Shown here: one piece after another, positions 1 through 13,620 of the stretch | Numbering within the stretch: position 1 is the stretch's first letter | Layout: each line of letters starts with the position of its first letter | Source: the human T2T-CHM13v2.0 reference genome, Homo sapiens | Reading direction: 5' to 3' (one strand) | Assembly: GCF_009914755.1 (NCBI RefSeq) | Contig: NC_060928.1 | DNA: 64,000 nucleotides | Made by a program: the position numbers and the translations under genes | Notes under the pieces: model-generated | The model's database searches: none | Seen by the model: only the letters and a program-made list of their open reading frames with translations | What the model was told of the DNA's origin: nothing

Positions 1-2059
1 CCTGAGGAGGACTTTTTTCTGTTTACAAACACAAAAATTCTAATGTTCCATTGTCCCTTTCCTAATCCCCAAATATTTTGTTAGTACAGATATTTTCTAT
101 TATAATTTTAACAACTATTACTATGCAGTCAGTTGTATAATAATTTACATTTACCTGTATTTCATCTGTCTTTTTTCATTTCAAATTTATTTCATATTTT
201 ATTTCAACTTCATATTTGATTTTAATTTTATTTCCATTTGTGGGTTCTATATTGATATTAGCTCAGGCAAACATCTGAACAGAATTACTTTACTATATGC
301 TGAATTCTACTGCACTGACTTCTATAATTGCTGCATAGACTTTCTAGTCAGTTTCCTCCCAATACATATGAAAATGGTTGTTTTGTTTCTATTTTCATCG
401 TTAAAATAAAAGCCATTCGCTTGTACTTTCGGAACTCTCTCTTTATCTAACATTTCATTGTCTGATGTCCTGAGAAGAGCAGCTTGCATTTTGAATGCTT
501 TTGATTACCTACAATTTCTCCTAGCATTCAAGGTAGAGATTCTACTGCATCTCATTTTTGATAAATAATTACAAAAATGCTTTTTCAAGAAAAAGGTAGC
601 TTTTAGAATGCCTGAAAGTGTGAAAAAAATGTCATTATAAAGCTTCATAACTATGTGGTCATCTTGGAAGCAAAATAGAGAAGAAAAATCAACTCAACTT
701 CAACCTTTCAAATCACAAGAAGTAGTTCCTCTGTCATCCAGACAATACGGTGATGGCTCCTTGTGTCTGATTACCAAAGGAAATCTAAAATGAGTTTTAT
801 GTAAATTTTTCTACAATGAAACATTTTGTACATCATTATACTAAAAGGAACTTTTACAAAGCACTTGCAAAATAAAATCAGCTGATAATACAGCAACATC
901 CAAAGAAAATGTGAGACAATTAAACTTTCTCATGAATTACATGAATTCTATTTAGACATTCCTGTATCACTGCAGATGTGGAGGTAGAGATTTTCCTTGA
1001 TTTCCCTTCCTCAGTTGCCATTTTCCCACTTAAAAGAGATCTTTAAGGCTATTTTTGGTCTGTTTCCTACCGCTACTGAGACATTTAAGTTATAGAGCTT
1101 GATTTTTATTTTAGTATCATGAGAAATGGTTTCAACTCGGGGAAGCCCAAACTTCAAATACCTCTGGAAGTAAGATTAATGTAGTTTGAATTTTGCAGGA
1201 AAATAACTTCAAAGATGACATTTTTGTTGGAGGTACTGAAATATCTACAGTAATACTTTTAACAAGGGTTAGTCTAGAGCAGTGCTTGGAGCAAAGAAAT
1301 CTAACATATACTATAACTGTCTACAGGCAAGCCAGAGATGGATTTATGGGCCATACTTAGCACTGTCACCTTGAAAGTGAAGCACTTTGAAAGGCTAAAT
1401 GAAGATGAACAGTCAATCTCTGTTGGGGAAAGTCTTGCCATTTATTTTTTATTTGTTTTAAGAGTGATACCATATTGTGTCATGGGTTGAACAGTGTCCA
1501 ATAAGAATATCAGCTGTGCTTTGCAAACAGCCTTTAGTCACTTCCATCCTCCACTGGGAAAGTGCTCCAGGAGGGAGGAGAGGCAAGGGATACATAGCAA
1601 TTTTGGCTTTCTTGGGACTCTTCAGAGATGCTTTCCCCTCCCACCTACTGGTTAATCTTTTCTTCTTTTTCTGTTTCCTGTCACTTTCCAACTTACTTAT
1701 TCCAGTGGAATAAGTAGGTTGTGGTTTGATTAACAGAGGTGAGAAATACAGTATCGTTACTCTTTAAAGGCACATATTATGTTGCGCCCTCATAAAAATA
1801 AGACAGTTAAAACATATGATGAAGTCTAGGAGACTTTGACATGTTCTTAAAATCAAAATAGCATAATCACTGCTTCTTTATAATGTGTTGTGTGTATATC
1901 TTGCATAATTGTCATTCTTTTGAAGGATAGGGTAGAAAATCCCTGTTGAAGAAAATTTTGTATAACAGTTTTTCAAAGCATGATTTGCTACAATGCCAAT
2001 GACAATAATGTTTGTTGGTAAGGCATGATATAAATCTATAATAAATGAGTGATTTCAGA

Positions 2060-2960
2060 GTTATACAGTGGTTGGTTCTACAGCTAATAACAAATACTGT
2101 AAATAAAATACCTGATCCATTCCCCTAAGAATTTATAATCCAGATAGAGGTATTAATATTTATTATAAGTTATATATTTCAAATATCTAATGACAACGTG
2201 ATATAGCAACAGGGCCAGCTTCATGGGTGTGCCTGCCACTGGGGCGATCTCACAGCATCCTGCATGTAGAAGAACCCTATGCTTGGTTTAATGTTGTGTT
2301 CTCACCATCTGCAAATCCTTGGAAATTTTGAACGAAGATCCTCCCATTTTTATTTTGTTCTTGATTTTGCAAATGTATACCCGGTCTTGGTAGCAAAGTG
2401 TAATGAATAACTGATGAGATATTGACCGAATAATCAGCAGAAGACCTGCTATTGCATTCTGGGATGAGGCAGACGGTGATTTCACAGTGAAATCGGGGCT
2501 TCATGTGAGCTTTGAATAATGTGGAGAGTTTGGATAGGTGGATAGAAGGGAGGAGGGCATTTCAAGTGGCAAGAATTGCACAAACGAGTTCCAGAGACAA
2601 GAATGAGAAAAGAATGTTGAGAACCATATCTCCTTGGTTAAAGGTTTTTGTATAGCCACTGGGAGACACGAGGCTCAACCAGGTTGTAGAGAACTTTAAC
2701 TACAAGAACAATAAATATGATTTCATATCATAGAGTTTTGGAGGAATGTGAATATTGTTTTGGATAGATTAACTCCGTAGCAGAATTAAAGTTTGAGCTT
2801 TAATTTTAATAATGGTCGAGGATGGGCAGATGCAAAAGATGTGTGTGAGAAAGATAAATCAGATGTGACACAATCTTGATTACTGGGAGAATGATGAAAC
2901 CCTTGACATAGATGAGAAAGTCATAGTGGGAAAATAGAGAACAGCTTTAGAGACTGATAG
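2060..2960 (-). mobile_element. L2 LINE relic interrupted by MER91A
   Basis: Degenerate L2-like purine-rich tracts (e.g. gaagggaggagggcatttcaagtggcaagaattgcacaaac). Boundaries approximate. Confidence 0.5.
2210..2389 (+). mobile_element. MER91A non-autonomous hAT-Tip100 DNA transposon
   Basis: Starts CAGGGCCAGCTTCATGGG, contains GCTTGGTTTAATG and ends CCGGTCTTG, matching the recalled MER91A layout. TAGCAA occurs in both flanks. Confidence 0.8.
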
Positions 2961-4959
2961 CATAGTATTTAATTTAAGGATGAAATGGATTAGTTAGCCC
3001 ACACCTCAGAGTGATGATGTGGCTTCTAGAAGCATCTAACCTGAAATCATTTATTTACTCTGACACTCTGCAAACATTGAACATCTATTGGACAAGTACT
3101 CTAAATACAAAACACACTTCTGCTTTGCAAAACTGAAACACAAAATTTTAAAGATGCTAGCTCCCTGATATCTATACAAAACATCACAATATTTGAATAT
3201 CTTTTCAAATGCTTTTGCAGAAAAATTATTTGAGTATGTATATACATCAGGCATGCACACTGACCAAAAAAAAACATTCTAAATTCCTATTTTTATGTGA
3301 AAGGAAGGTGGTTGCATTCTGTGCCCTACACAGTTAGGAAGAGTTTTTATTTCAGCCACCCCTTTTTCACCATTTTCCTGTGCATACCAATGCTAAAATG
3401 AAATGTTTATTGTACAACAAAAGTAAACTACAAGTGCAATGCAAATGTGAGGCAAAGCTCAACTTTTTTTTTTTTTCCTGAAAAGAAAGGATTTCAGGCT
3501 AGGTAAATTTATGCATCAGTGGCTTTCTTCAGTTTCCTCCTGATAACGTCTGATTGACACTACTACAGCATTACTTTTAAAGAAACCAAAATGAATCCCG
3601 CAGCCTCATGCGGTTGGACCTTAAACTGTCAGTGGTTTATGACCACTGAGGCCTGACTGATGGCACTAGCCACTGCGTGAAATGTTTTCTAGCACTTAGG
3701 AGCTCTACAGTGTGGTACAGTAACTTGCATAATTAGGTATTTTGAAGTAAAATCAGCAGTGAAGGTAGCTCCCAATGTCTCTTCTTGCTTACTCTTGTGT
3801 TATTTTTATCTACTCAAAGAGAATTATCCTAATGACAATTGGTCACCCCTGACTTTTTTTCCTGCATTGCTTGAGGCCAAATATTGTGAATCTATATTGA
3901 TTAACCAAGCAAGTCTCGGTTATTTAAGTCGTGATTTATCTGAGACCCTTGATACATTTTATTGTTCTGCTAACATGTGGCCACTTGACTGCCTTCCAAA
4001 GGATAGACAGAAAAGAAGACAGAAGAAATGCTCAAATCAGCCAATTCCATCACAATTAAAATAAAAATTCTACTACTTCTATCTAAAGGCATGTATTGGT
4101 GAAGAAGATTGAAACCACTAGCTACGGTGAGGCACTAAGTCTATGCAGATTCAAATCATTCCTGTTCTCTCTCCTCTCATAATCCCGGAGACCCGAAGAA
4201 TGACTTATATGACTTATGTTAATACATATACAGTTTCCTTTCAATTGTATTATATTACAAATTAACAGGATGCTATGTAAATTTAAGTATGTGATAATGC
4301 ATTATTATATCAAAATGTCAAAACTTTTAAAAGAAAAAATAAAATGGAAGTGACAGGTCCTATATATATTGCACATAAATGTAAATTTTGAAGTGTAGTA
4401 GTTTTAGATGGCATGGATTAAAGCATATTTATTGCTTACTGCATTGAGATGAAGCATCCTGACTGTCCTTGAGCTATCCTTGATTGAAGGAAAGCATCCC
4501 ATCTAGTTGTTAGAGGGATGCATAGCAATGGAAACATGAGGAAGACTGATTTTAAGCCTGGAGAAAGTATCATGTGAAAAGTAGAAGAGGGAAACCTGTG
4601 CACAGATAACTCACTAGGCTGCCTGACATTTAAGAACTTTGTGACTTGTTAAAAAGAAATGATTTTAGATATAGATTACATTCTTGAAATCCTGCCCCAG
4701 TGGTGATACCTAATCTCTACATCTCTGGGGAGGCATGTGAATGGGCAGAGATCAAAGGTAGTGATGATGGATATTGTCCGCTAAGATATGGTGGATCTTA
4801 ATCCTTCACAGTAAAGATGATGGCAGTGATGAACAACTTCTGGTTCAGGTTTAAGTGCCTAGGTGAGGAATGAGAGAGAGAGAAACAGAGACACACAGAG
4901 AGAGTAAATTGTAGACTTTGCTACTTTTACTTGGAGTTTGCTAAGAATGACTGACATAA

Positions 4960-5280
4960 ATACATTGCTGACAATGAAGGAAGCCAGACCCAACTAAGCA
5001 GGAGTCAGGAACTGAGATCAGAAAGCATTTTGAGAAACAGGAGATGGTTGAATGTGACAAATGCTGTGAAGAGGTTGAGGAAAGATGAGGTTTGAAAATT
5101 GGACTGGCCCTTGGGCTTAGTTGTAATGAGGTCGTCAGAGACCTCAGTGAAGGTCAGTTTCCCCCCCAGTGACAAAGGCACAAGCTGGACTAGATGAAGT
5201 TGAAAAAGCAGCCTTATGAGAAGAATTGGGGGCAGGACAAGAAAACATAGTCTAAGAAGCAATATGTGATGAGGAATTAA
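4960..5280 (-). mobile_element. L2 LINE relic
   Basis: Typical reversed-L2 tract caaatgctgtgaagaggttgaggaaagatgagg...gaggtcgtcagagacct. Confidence 0.55.
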
Positions 5281-8200
5281 GATCAAGTTTCTACCGTTCA
5301 GACAATTTTATGGTGCTCATGAAAATTTAACAAGTCATTTAGGTTATGCTAAAAAAATTTAGAAAGCACCAGGTTTGGAATAACTTCATTAGTGCTAGAG
5401 ATTTTTTATTGCTCTTCAGATATACAATTTCCACTGTATTTCTTTTAATTTTTTACTTGGTTACTTATCATTAGGCTAAGAGCACATAAACTACCTCAAG
5501 AAGTCTCAAAGTGGCTCACATACACAGAGAGAAATTAAAGAGACAGCAAGAAAGAGAATGAGAAAAAGAGGGAGACTGATGTGCACACACAGAAATGCAA
5601 ATGACCACACACACACATGTACACACACACAGACTCACCAGCAGGAAAAAGGCAGAGAGTACCAAGACCAATGAATTTGCTTTTCTGTAACCTATGTTGA
5701 TATTCATGACTAGTTTCTAATTAAAAATCCTAAGTTTCAGACATAGGAATTTGCCTAGTTATTCAGCAGAAACGTGTTCAATATTGCTCACTTTATTAAG
5801 TATACTGTACAATATCATATTTGATAAAAGAAGCCTTTATAGTTATATTAAAAACTAATGATGAATTGGAAAAAATAATTCTGCCTTGAGGGGGTTAATG
5901 ATTTTAAAAAGACAATATTCTTTCCAAAGTTGTCAGCAAGCATTAGTTCTAAAATCCAACAACTTTTAAATCATTCTTCTTCATAGACACTATTACAGGT
6001 AAACTTGTTTTCCGACCGGGGTAAGAGACCATTGTGGAACATTCCATGCTATGTTAGGGCAGAGTTACATCAGGAGGCTATTATGGTCATGCTGGTACCA
6101 GGTTGATAAGTGTGAAATTCTCAGCAACTGAACATTGGGGGAATACATTTTTGCATCAAAGGTGCCCTTTACTCCTCAACCAGAAAACCAAACTGCTGAT
6201 TCAAATGAGCAGACCGCTTAAAATTAAGCGATTCTTCATCTGAAAATTCCATATGCTGTATTTAACTACCTATTTCTAGGGATTTGCCCTTTTTTTAGTA
6301 GAAAATAGCTTTTAATATCCTAGGGAAAATTTACTGTTAAAGGTTTACATTAAACAAAAAGCAACTCTTGGTTGTCTACGTTATTTGGAAAGTATGTTCG
6401 ATGCAAATTTACAAAAAGGATACATGTCACTGTGGGTCACTACTGAATATTCTTTTTGGGCTTTCTCTGTTGGATATACAATCTCAGCTAAATGTTTTGA
6501 AGAGGAGGAATCAAATAAATTGCCCTATTTTGGGTCTTTCTCATCTGTATACAGTTGTGCAGCTCTAGTAGACCTGAAAATTGCCCAGGGACAAACTTTA
6601 AAAAAAATAGAGTGCTTTTGAGGCAGAAAATTGCTTTTCTGTGGTCTGGTCTAAAGGACAGGCAGTGACAGGAGGACAAGAAGTTGTCACCATGCAGTGA
6701 TATTGTAAAGCATATCCTCCATAACAAAGAGGATAATTTGTTTTTATTTTCTTCCTTGTTAACCACAAAAGCATCCAGTGCAATAACACTATGGCTTTGA
6801 CTTAAACCCTTGCAAGCAGATGCGCAATTAGATTTTTGAAAGTCCATCTTTAACCCACACATGGTACTTAGTTTCTAGAGAAAACAAACAGCTTAACATA
6901 CTAGATCATTCAGTATTTCTCAATTTTGCCAAGAACCCTAAATGTCTGGGCTTTGGGATAAAATATAAATGCATTGTAGATTGGTCTTGGTTTCTGTGTA
7001 TACAAGTCAGTTCCTCAGTATCATTTCAACAAGCCTTGTGTAGTTTAATATATATAAAAAAAGATTTTATGTATTTGGATTGGACCCTTGATATTTTTGG
7101 AAGATTATTTTATGTGGTTTAATTTCCATTTTTATGATGGTATGAACGAAAAATGGTAGAAAATATGTCTTTTGTGTGTTAAGGGATTTGAAACTCCTCT
7201 GGGCCTGTTATCATGCTAATGAGACAGTTGAGAGATAGCAGGATTTTGTGTATTAATCTTACTAGGCATTTGCACACCAGAACTGCTCATTTAGAGTTTT
7301 AATGGCATTAACTGTGAATTTGCACAAAATTAACAAAAAAAATGCTTCCACATTATGGATCCATAATACCAAATGTTTATTAAAACCTATTTAAATTATA
7401 ATACATACACAGTGGACCTTATCTAATGTACAATATCTCAGTTAAAATATTTTCTTACACTTTTGAAATAACTTGTTTTAATTGTTCACACAAAGATTCT
7501 CTAGGTAGTTTGATACCTGATCAAGAGCTTCATCCCAGTGTTAATACTCTTTGATCTCAATCAGTGTTTGTGTCATGTTTAACAGAAAGCTTTTGTTCCT
7601 CTTAAGTCCTGTTTCTCCTGCACGACACTGACCCACAGATGTGCATAGCGTAATTGCACCAGTGAAGTTGACGATGGGAATGAGCACCGACTGGACATTC
7701 CTCACTTTTCAACTTTTACTGAATTATTGAGCTATAAATTCATACAGAGGAAGGAATCTAAGAAATTATCCAAGCCTGCCTTCACATTTCCTGTGATGAA
7801 TCATTCTTATATAAGTAGAGACTCATCCAGTTTACTTTCTTTTTCTCATGCTAAATTATGCTAGATGTGCTAAGTGATCCCAATTTTTTGGGATCCCTAA
7901 CCAGTGATCCCAATTTTTTTATTTTTCTTTCTTCTAAAATATCTATCGTTTTGCACTACATATTTTTTCTCTATATCAGTCATTCTTTCTTTCATTCAAC
8001 AAATATTTCTTGAATAGCTACAAGGAAGAGTAATAGCTGGCCACTACAGATACTCTGTAGACCCAACCCATGTTCTACAGGGTTTGCCATTCTGGGGCGC
8101 ATGAAGTCAGAGCGCCAAATGGACAGTGTGGTGCACCGTATTTCTCACTGTAGGGAGACTACACACAAGATGATCCATAGAATTTGGATTGGCCAGTTGC

Positions 8201-8589
8201 TCTCCTTTGGGGACAGTAGATCCATAATTGCTGACTCTTCCTTCTCCAGATTTCATTCCTACCCACCGCCATTTTTCTGTCATAATGAAACAATCACCTG
8301 AGACATATTGCCCTCAAATGTGTATAGCTTTCTTTATATCACTTTTTCAATTCAGCTTTCCTTGGTTTATACCCTAGCCATGTTGTTGGAAATCTAGAGG
8401 TGTCTGAGTCTCATCAGTGCCTTCTCCACAGCCCATATCAGCAGGTGTTGGATGCCATTTGGTGTATGACTGGCAGTCAGATGTTTCCATTCTCCCTTCT
8501 AAATGAGGGCGCCTAAGAGAGAACTACTTAGTCTGTGGGATGTATACGGTAATCTGAAATGATTTATCTGTTCTTTACAATGAGCCCAC

Positions 8590-9190
8590 ATTCTGGATGA
8601 TAATTGCAGGTCTTCCTGTACAATGGAATATTTACATCATTTTCCCTGCAATGTTAACATGTCATGTTAATCGATTTGCCTGTGAGTTTCGCATGGAATC
8701 CGAAATTAGACTATCATGTAAAAGCCACTCAAATAACAATAAAACGACATACAGCAGGTGGGCCCGGCCTTCGTTAGATGGGGATGTGATGAGCCGGAAC
8801 TGTCCGGAAGCTGCCGCAGTCTCTCGCTGACGCGGCGCACCGCCTCCAGCCCGCTCACCGTCTCCTTGCCTGCCGATTGTAGTTCTTATCCTCTGACTCC
8901 TTTGGTGCAAAATGCTCCACTATTTTCAATTTGTGCTGTGCCCATCTCCTGCCTCGGCCTATTAATCCATGCCAACCACAGGGACAAATGGAAGCAGATG
9001 ATTGCACACTCAGCATCAACATCGCTGAATTTCTATCGCGCGTTCGCAGGCCTTGCCAGAAGTGTACTCAGAAGACTAAATGGTAGAAGAGTCTCTCGGC
9101 TCACAGATGGGCCTTCCCGTGTCCGTCTTCCTGACAGACATTCATGGCATAATAACAGGAAAACATCACACACTGGCTCTCAGCGATAAA
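8590..9190. promoter_or_regulatory. CpG-enriched putative promoter/enhancer
   Basis: Dense CpG cluster at 8760-8880 in otherwise CpG-depleted DNA. Tandem ETS cores (GCCGGAAC, TCCGGAAG), a TGACGC CRE half-site and homeodomain-type TAAT motifs in the flanks. No TE resemblance seen. Confidence 0.55.
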
Positions 9191-10400
9191 TTACAACAGT
9201 AACTTTTATAGAATATTTGTAAACATTAGTGCCAGAGTAAGCTATCTTTTGTAAAGGCCTTTACTATCCAGAGTGAACTACTAGAAATTTTCACTTCTTT
9301 TGAATCTACATGTAATCATAATTATAAATCTACCAATGGAAAATATACGGTCAAATTGACTTAACAGATTTATTCTTAGGTTTTAATCACAAGGAAAAGA
9401 ACAGACATGGGTATTTAAAATTCCACGATGTTGTCCTCTCAGTATTCTAGATTGTGATTTTACATGAAGGATAACAATAGTCACTAAGAAAATGGAGTTA
9501 ATTTGATGAAAACCAACCAGAGAACAATTTGTGCCCTCATCTATTGAGACGGTGCTTTTCAAGTTGTTCTCAGAAAATTCCTAGGGACACCCCAAAATAC
9601 CCTCGGGAACCACCAGAAAGGGGCGTCACAGGAACTGAGAGCCAGAGCCCCATGTGCCTGGGTTCCTAATCCCTTCCTCACTCTGTTTTTTATCTGTTTT
9701 GAGTGATTGGTTTCTTCATAACATTGTGTTAAGAACAGCATTCTGCTGTTAAAATAAAAGTTTGAAATTCAAGGTAGAATTACAATAGAGAAGGTGACTT
9801 TACAGAGTACCTTGAAAATCATCAAAGAAGTTAAGCTAAGCATATATCAACAGGGAAAAAAACGCGAAGCATCTCTGCTGGTACAAATATAATACTGCAA
9901 TGTAAGTACTAAGCATTTCAAAGTTCATTTTTTATGTATATAGTAATTTATGCAATATATAGTAATTCTCTTTAAGCAGACTCTTCAACAGATTGATTAT
10001 CTAATAATTCTGAATAAATGAATTTAATCAGTTGCACATTGAAAAGCCCATGTAATTTAATTTGAAATACATCAAAAGCAATAAAATATGAATAACATTG
10101 TCTCTTTTATTAAGGTGCTTTATACTTAATATAGATACATCTTTAAAATTGTGCCCTAAACTACATTTTTAATCAATTTTTTTAGGAAATTTCTCTTTAG
10201 GTATCTTAGTTTTAATATCATTTTGGCAATTTTCTATTTAAAGCCCAGTTCTTCATATTCCAAAGTAATTCAAGAGTTGTCTCCACATCTGTTTCTTTAT
10301 CAGATTATATATACAGTCCTATCTTATAGATTGATTTAATGTATATTAATTTATATTAAATTTTTCTAGTATTTAAAAATTCTGAGTAATTTCGCATTAC

Positions 10401-10500
10401 ACTTGACACCTTGACAGCATATGACGTTGTCAGGAGGATGAACTAGGTTGCCCTGTAGTTCATTTCCACAGCTCTCTGAGTTAAGCTCTCAGGGTCAAGT
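10401..10500 (+). other. Candidate cloverleaf structured element
   Basis: A 7-bp closing stem (ACTTGAC/GTCAAGT) encloses three hairpins. See findings. Confidence 0.3.
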
Positions 10501-11328
10501 ACTCCCAGCGAGAGCCAGGGAATCCATACAGCCCTTGCCATCAAGGAGCCCAGGAACCCTAAGAGTCGAATACGGCCTAAAATTAGCCTTACGGGTGCTA
10601 CATATCCTACCTTGGGTAGCCACTTCTGCAAGTAGAAAACAAACATTGATTAAAGAACCTAACAGAATGTTTTGCCTTGATAATTGCAGAAGCTGTGAGA
10701 AAGAATACACGTTTTCCAAATTGAACTTTGCTAAATGAGGGTCAGTAGCTTTAAGCTTTTTATAGTACAAGCTCAACCCTACAGTAAGTGAATATCTTAA
10801 CCACAGGAACACTGAAAATTCAATGATATTTTCATAATTGCAATCCGGATAGTCAATAAACACTGCAACCTGAAGTAGCTCACTTTGAAGAAAACTTGAC
10901 TGCCTAGCTAAGAACACTGTACCACATAATATTAATAAGCCAAACTACTGAACTCTGAATATAATAGGACAATTACCTCCAGGAAGCATTAGTATTCATT
11001 ATACCCCAAACATTTGTTTGTACAGACAGCTGCAGTCACCATGCACCTAGTACAATTACAGTGCATCAGAGACATTCCGTATAATGTTATTTGAAATTTT
11101 CTGCATATCTTGTCATCTGTCTCAAATACTTTCTATAATAAATACTTTCTTATGGCTAAATAAGAAAAAATGTACTTATCTGTTTGAATAGATAGTAGGT
11201 GAGAAAAAATAATTATCGGGCTCAATGAAATGTGGTAATCTAGAGGATATGAGATTACAGACAGATTTTTTTCTTTTGCAACCCAAATAAGAAATATTTC
11301 AGAGAAATAATATTAAATTATAAAATAA

Positions 11329-11644
<316 letters not shown>

Positions 11645-13039
11645 AAGTATCTTCACTTTGGCTTCAATTTGGGTTGCCACTGGCTTCTCTTTACTTAGTT
11701 ATATATGTTAGTTTCAAAATATTATAAAATGACCAGGGACAAAAAGGGAACATTATAACCAGTCTTCTAGAACACGATGTAGCTCTAGAAGTAGAAATTT
11801 TGAATGATGTTCAAGAAAGTAATAAATGCCACCCCAAATTCCTCAAGTATGCATATCGCTTTTAAGAAACAAAATATAGGCTAAATTTAGAGGTCACATG
11901 CAGAAATGACATCACCCCAAAATTCTACGTAACCGGTGGCACCACAAAGTAACCCCAGATAAGTAAAGGACTGTTTGAAAGGGGAATGGAATAGCACAGC
12001 GTACTGTGTAACCAAAGGCAGTTAATTTAACAGAAAGATCAAAGTTTTACAGAGCCTTTCCCTAACCTCCTTAATGGTGAGTTCTAAGGGGTTGTGGTAG
12101 TGACTAAAGTCTAAATATTCTAGCATTTTTCCAACTGAAAAATGTAGAATTTTTGAACTGTGTAGTATGTACCTTCAGTTAGAACTGCAGCATTGATGCG
12201 GAAAATAAGAGGCACTGAGAAATCAGACAAAGCCAAGTTGAGTGCCCAGGTTACCGGAAGGATGGCTATCAACTATTTTTGTTTTTTACATGAAAGGAAG
12301 AGGGAATGGGAAAGAATGTGTTTCTATCAGCGACTTTAATTATGCTTCATTCAAATCAATTCTACAGTTATTTCTCTTGACTTAGTTTTTGTTCCTCCTT
12401 GTCCCTTCAACTATTTCCTGTGTTTGGAAAGGAAAGCCACAAAGAGCACATAATTTGGGTTTAAAAATAAAAGTCAAATTATATATTATCCATCATCTCC
12501 ATTTCTAGACCCAGGAAAAATTTTGATTGGCATTTGTTTTTATTCTGATTATAAAAGATATTAATGATATTAATTATAATGATTGGAAAATACCAGAAAA
12601 AGTGAAATTAAACATTTTAAGTAACCCCAGTTCTGCCACCAGAGACAATAATTGTGAACACTTTGATGCGTTTTTAAGAATGTTTCTTTATGCATATGTG
12701 GATAGTATATTTTTATTTAATTTATTTACTTGATATTATATATGGAGCATTTTTCAATGATACCAAGCATTTTAGAAAAATATAATTTGATTGATTAGCC
12801 AATGGACAATTAAATTATTTCTCATCTTTCACATATAAAGATTTCTGCTAATTTTACATTCCATTTGAATAAAATACAACCATATTACTTAAAAATGTAA
12901 TACAAAATAAGTAAATATATTCTACAGGGTTTTATACAAGTAATTAGAAGAGAAAAAAATTCATCATATTTTAATTGAACTTTTTAATCATCTTTAATTT
13001 AAAGGATGAAAGTATTAACTTATTGAATCCCATCCTTTC

Positions 13040-13620
13040 ACCATGTCATTGCATGTAGTTCATTTGTTGTCATTGTTGAGTACTCTTCCATTATATAGTT
13101 CAACTTGTTTATTCATGTATCTGTTATTGGACATTTGAGATGTTTCCAGTTTTTGGCTATTATGAATAAAGCTGTCATGAACATTCTATAACAAGCATTT
13201 CTTCACACCTGTAATCCTAGCACTTTGGGAGGCCGAGGCGAGCGGATCATGAGGTCAGGAGATGGAGACTGTCATGGCTAACATAGTGAAACCCTGTCTC
13301 TACTAAAATACAAAAAAAAATTAGCCGGGCGTGGTGGTGGGCACCTGTAGTCCCAGATACTTGGGAGGCTGAGGCAGGAGAATGGCGTGAACCCAGGAGG
13401 TGGAGCTTGCAGTGAGCTGAGATTGCGCTCCAGCTTGGGTGACAGAGCAAGACTCAATCTCAAAAAAAAAAAAAAAAGCATTTCTGTGGATATAGGTGAA
13501 TTCACTCTAGGGTGAATACGATGAGAGGAATTGCTTGGTCATGTGATAAATGTACATTTAACTTTGTAAGACCTGGCAGTTTTCCAGTGTGGTTGTTGCA
13601 TTTTACTTCTGCACTGCAGC
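13040..13620 (-). mobile_element. Old L1M ORF2 3'/3'UTR fragment, interrupted by AluY
   Basis: ggacatttgagatgtttccagtttttggctattatgaataaagctg...ggaattgcttggtcatgtg continues across the Alu. Confidence 0.75.
13203..13477 (+). mobile_element. AluY, slightly 5'-truncated
   Basis: AluY-type GAATGGCGTGAACC and GAGCTTGCAG, A tail, TSD AAGCATTTCT. Small deletion in the right arm. Confidence 0.95.

Noticed and set aside
8758-9189. 143-aa + strand ORF
   Set aside because: It has a non-ATG start and no recognisable domain, and is expected by chance in a GC-rich patch.
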